Source: a virus
Lineage: Duplodnaviria; Heunggongvirae; Uroviricota; Caudoviricetes
IMG/VR virus record: IMGVR_UViG_3300028146_000009
Location: 1-25,849 of that record
Reading direction: 5' to 3' (one strand)
DNA length: 25,849 nt
The notes under the pieces are model-generated. The model was given only the letters and a program-made list of their open reading frames with translations. It was not told the origin of the DNA and made no database searches. Within the stretch, counting starts at the first letter, position 1, and each line of letters opens with the position of its first letter. The translations under genes were made by a program, and so were the position numbers. Below, in pieces: positions 23,601 through 25,849 of this stretch.

Positions 23601-24149
23601 ATGAAGTCTTGTAAAATAGTAAACCGGATCGCGGTAGTCGGCACTCATGGGGCCGGGAAAAGTACTTTAAGCTATCACCTAACTTCTCTTCTAAAGCAGC
23701 ACAATCCGGCTAAATCTGTAATTTGTTTGGAAGAAAATGTAAGAAGTATCGCAAAACTTACAAATAATGATTTAACTTCTTATGATTTTACAAAATTAGC
23801 ATTTCATGAACAAATTTGTAGGGAAATTAAAGCAGCACTCTTATACGATGTAATGGTGGTTGATAGAACTTTACTAGATTATGCAATTTATGGTAAATTA
23901 AATGGACATCATGGATTTTTAGATCAAACTTATACACCATTATTTAGTTTTAATAAAATTTACTTTCTGCGACCTGATAAAAATGATGCTCCAATTGCAG
24001 ACGATGGATTTCGGGACACAAATTTAGAATTTCGTAATAAAGTGGATCAAGAGTTTGAAAAGTTTTTTAAAGAGGGGAAAGAATTTCATCCAATTGAAAT
24101 AAAGACTTCTGAAATTTTTAGCCATGATTATTTAAAGGATTTACAATGA
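23601..24149 (+). CDS. P-loop nucleotide kinase-like ATPase (AAA_28/NadR-like)
   Basis: RIAVVGTHGAGKSTL, VDRTLLDY, DDGFRD. Confidence 0.8.
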   Translation: MKSCKIVNRIAVVGTHGAGKSTLSYHLTSLLKQHNPAKSVICLEENVRSIAKLTNNDLTSYDFTKLAFHEQICREIKAALLYDVMVVDRTLLDYAIYGKLNGHHGFLDQTYTPLFSFNKIYFLRPDKNDAPIADDGFRDTNLEFRNKVDQEFEKFFKEGKEFHPIEIKTSEIFSHDYLKDLQ

Positions 24150-24460
24150 AATTTAAAAAAGGACAACAAGTTATCAGATATTCCGGTCAATCAAGCGGAA
24201 ATGAAACTAAAATGATCATTGGGGATATAGGAATTATTTCTAAAGATCAAGAATTTCCAGGTAAAGTAGAAATTAATGAATTCCCCGGAACTTGTGGACA
24301 TGATCCCTATAGATTATTACGAATTGATAATTTACCGATAAAATTAAAAAAATATATTATTAAAAATGTCAAAGAATTAAATCATGAAGAAACCTATGTG
24401 AGACTTCAAATTCTTTCATCTTTTATTGAAGGATATAAATTAGGAAATGAAAATGCTTAA
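24146..24460 (+). CDS. hypothetical protein with an SH3-like N-terminus
   Basis: MKFKKGQQVIR...IGDIGII. Confidence 0.6.
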   Translation: MKFKKGQQVIRYSGQSSGNETKMIIGDIGIISKDQEFPGKVEINEFPGTCGHDPYRLLRIDNLPIKLKKYIIKNVKELNHEETYVRLQILSSFIEGYKLGNENA

Positions 24461-24773
24461 TAAATTAGCAAAAGAAATTCATGAAAATAATAAAGCTAAA
24501 GGCTTTTATGATGGACCTGAAAGAACGCCTTTAGAATATCATATGCTAATAGTAACAGAACTTGCAGAAGCTTCAGAATCAGTTAGAAAAGGAGAATCTG
24601 ACTATTATTTAGTTGATAGAAAGCCAGAAGGGGAAGCAGTTGAAATCACCGATGCTTTAATTAGAATTTTAGACTACGCCGCATTTAAAAATTGGGACCT
24701 TGATTTTATTATAAAACAAAAACTAGATTATAATAAAACCCGAACTTATAGACATGGTGGAAAGAAACTTTGA
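24447..24773 (+). CDS. MazG-like NTP pyrophosphohydrolase
   Basis: LIVTELAEASE, EAVEITDALIRILD, KLDYNKTR. Confidence 0.85.
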   Translation: MKMLNKLAKEIHENNKAKGFYDGPERTPLEYHMLIVTELAEASESVRKGESDYYLVDRKPEGEAVEITDALIRILDYAAFKNWDLDFIIKQKLDYNKTRTYRHGGKKL

Positions 24774-25216
24774 TCCATTTGGATTCTGTTATATTTTATT
24801 CTATAGGAGCTGCGATTTGTTTTGTGATGGCGGAAATTATAAGACCTAAACCAGTAAATGATGATGTTTTTAATTTAAAACCCGGACAAATGATGGTTCC
24901 AACTTCTTGGAAACAAGATGATCATGAAACACATTCAAAATTACGTCAAGCTTATGAAGAAAAATGGAAAAAAGCAGCTTTAGAAACAATTGAATTAGCA
25001 AAAGAAATGCAAAAACCCCGAACAATAGCGGTGATTAATGACAAAAACACGCCACGCAAAGCCCGACGAGTTTCAAAAAGAACAAATACGCCACTTAAAA
25101 AAAGAAATCAGGCGAAAAGATCAGCAAATTCGAAGCCTAGAAAAGGAACTAGGGTACTCACAGAATACGAGCAAGCGGCAGCAAAACATAAAAGAAACCA
25201 AAGAGTTAGATATTGA
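24770..25216 (+). CDS. membrane-anchored hypothetical protein with a basic tail overlapping the next gene
   Basis: N-terminal hydrophobic helix; the last ~59 codons overlap 25038..25319. Confidence 0.55.
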   Translation: MIHLDSVIFYSIGAAICFVMAEIIRPKPVNDDVFNLKPGQMMVPTSWKQDDHETHSKLRQAYEEKWKKAALETIELAKEMQKPRTIAVINDKNTPRKARRVSKRTNTPLKKRNQAKRSANSKPRKGTRVLTEYEQAAAKHKRNQRVRY

Positions 25217-25319
25217 CCAATGTCAAAATTGTGGCAAAGGCGTTCTAAAATATTCAGATTTAGGAATTAGAACTATAACCATTTGTACAATTTGTTCTTA
25301 CCGGAAAGTAAGTAAATGA
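25038..25319 (+). CDS. coiled-coil plus zinc-ribbon protein
   Basis: Heptad segment, then CQNCG...CTIC. Confidence 0.7.
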   Translation: MTKTRHAKPDEFQKEQIRHLKKEIRRKDQQIRSLEKELGYSQNTSKRQQNIKETKELDIDQCQNCGKGVLKYSDLGIRTITICTICSYRKVSK

Positions 25320-25564
25320 AATTATTTATAGCACATTTAGCAATCATTATTTTAAATTGGGCGCAACCCTTAAATACAGTAACATGGCTAGGTCAAGTTT
25401 CTGATAGAGAAAATGTATTTGAATATGATGGTTATTATAAAGGATGTATAATAGGCTTTACTCATGATATGGAATTGGAAAATCATAAACAAGCTATGAG
25501 TTTTTGCAGAAATAATTTAAAAGAAAAAAAAGAGTACGATAAAGCGCATAAAAATGGCCCTTAA
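25316..25564 (+). CDS. hypothetical exported or membrane protein
   Basis: Hydrophobic N-terminus MKLFIAHLAIIILNWA. Confidence 0.6.
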   Translation: MKLFIAHLAIIILNWAQPLNTVTWLGQVSDRENVFEYDGYYKGCIIGFTHDMELENHKQAMSFCRNNLKEKKEYDKAHKNGP

Positions 25565-25849
25565 AAAACCGAAGTTAACTCAAAAAGAGAAATTTAAGCT
25601 TCTGGAACAAAATGAAGAAGCCTTTGAAAAATACCGCTTAAACTTCGTAAAAGCCCAACTACGCCGCGCAAGTGTATGGAAATGGCCCGCAGCTGGAATT
25701 GCAATGGATAAGGCCAAATTAGACGGTATGTATAAATGTTCGGGTTGCGGAAAGTACTTTTCCCCTAAAAAAGTCAATCGGGACCATATAGAACCAGTAG
25801 AAAATCCAGTCACTGGTTATACTGATTTAGATAATTATGTGAAAAGATT
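25554..25849 (+). CDS. HNH-type endonuclease, 3'-truncated (not in ORF track)
   Basis: MALKKPKL...LRRASVWKWP...YKCSGCGKYF...NRDHIEPV...TGYTDLDNYVKR; open to the window end. Confidence 0.8.
   Translation, partial: MALKKPKLTQKEKFKLLEQNEEAFEKYRLNFVKAQLRRASVWKWPAAGIAMDKAKLDGMYKCSGCGKYFSPKKVNRDHIEPVENPVTGYTDLDNYVKR

Noticed and set aside
23208-24773. Definite Z-genome (2-aminoadenine) system
   Set aside because: No purZ or HD-domain dATPase recognised in the window; DUF5664-like and MazG-like genes alone are not diagnostic.
2676-25813. All minus-strand ORFs in the track (2676, 5674, 8411, 10684, 11074, 13671, 14792, 20685, 25580) and the nested + ORF 5674..5910
   Set aside because: They shadow better-supported + strand genes, lack motifs and break the uniform orientation. 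The track lists 5674..5910 on the minus strand, and it lies wholly within the nuclease gene.
1-25849. Alternative genetic code
   Set aside because: Conserved enzymes are full length under the standard code, and TAA, TGA and TAG (e.g. 2277-2279) all fall at sensible gene ends with tight coupling to the next start.

Overview
A strongly AT-rich, gene-dense fragment of a dsDNA tailed phage or prophage genome, covering the early, replication, recombination and nucleotide-metabolism region. All credible genes lie on the + strand, many with ATGA/TAATG overlaps. I recognised no capsid, tail, terminase or integrase genes. Recognisable products: an octapeptide-repeat protein (5'-truncated), soluble lytic transglycosylase, PD-(D/E)xK (Cas4/AddB-like) nuclease, minimal S8 subtilase, ERF ssDNA-annealing protein, AEP primase fused to a DnaB-like helicase, a family-B DNA polymerase split into two ORFs by a 45-codon mini-gene, Rnl1-type RNA ligase, AAA+ ATPase, HExxH protein, DEDD/RNase H-like exonuclease, RecA-like recombinase, DUF5664-like dNTP diphosphohydrolase, P-loop kinase, MazG-like pyrophosphatase and a 3'-truncated HNH nuclease. 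The most unusual signals are RNA-related: a tRNA-shaped but non-canonical RNA (9544-9643), a hairpin displaying a perfect anti-Shine-Dalgarno loop (11362-11390), a multibranch RNA in front of the primase-helicase (11454-11574), and two Sm/LSm-fold candidates, one translationally coupled to a tiny Ser-Gly/Arg/Trp dipeptide-repeat peptide missed by the ORF track. Family assignments come from motifs read by eye, and RNA structures from manual pairing; no searches or folding were run.
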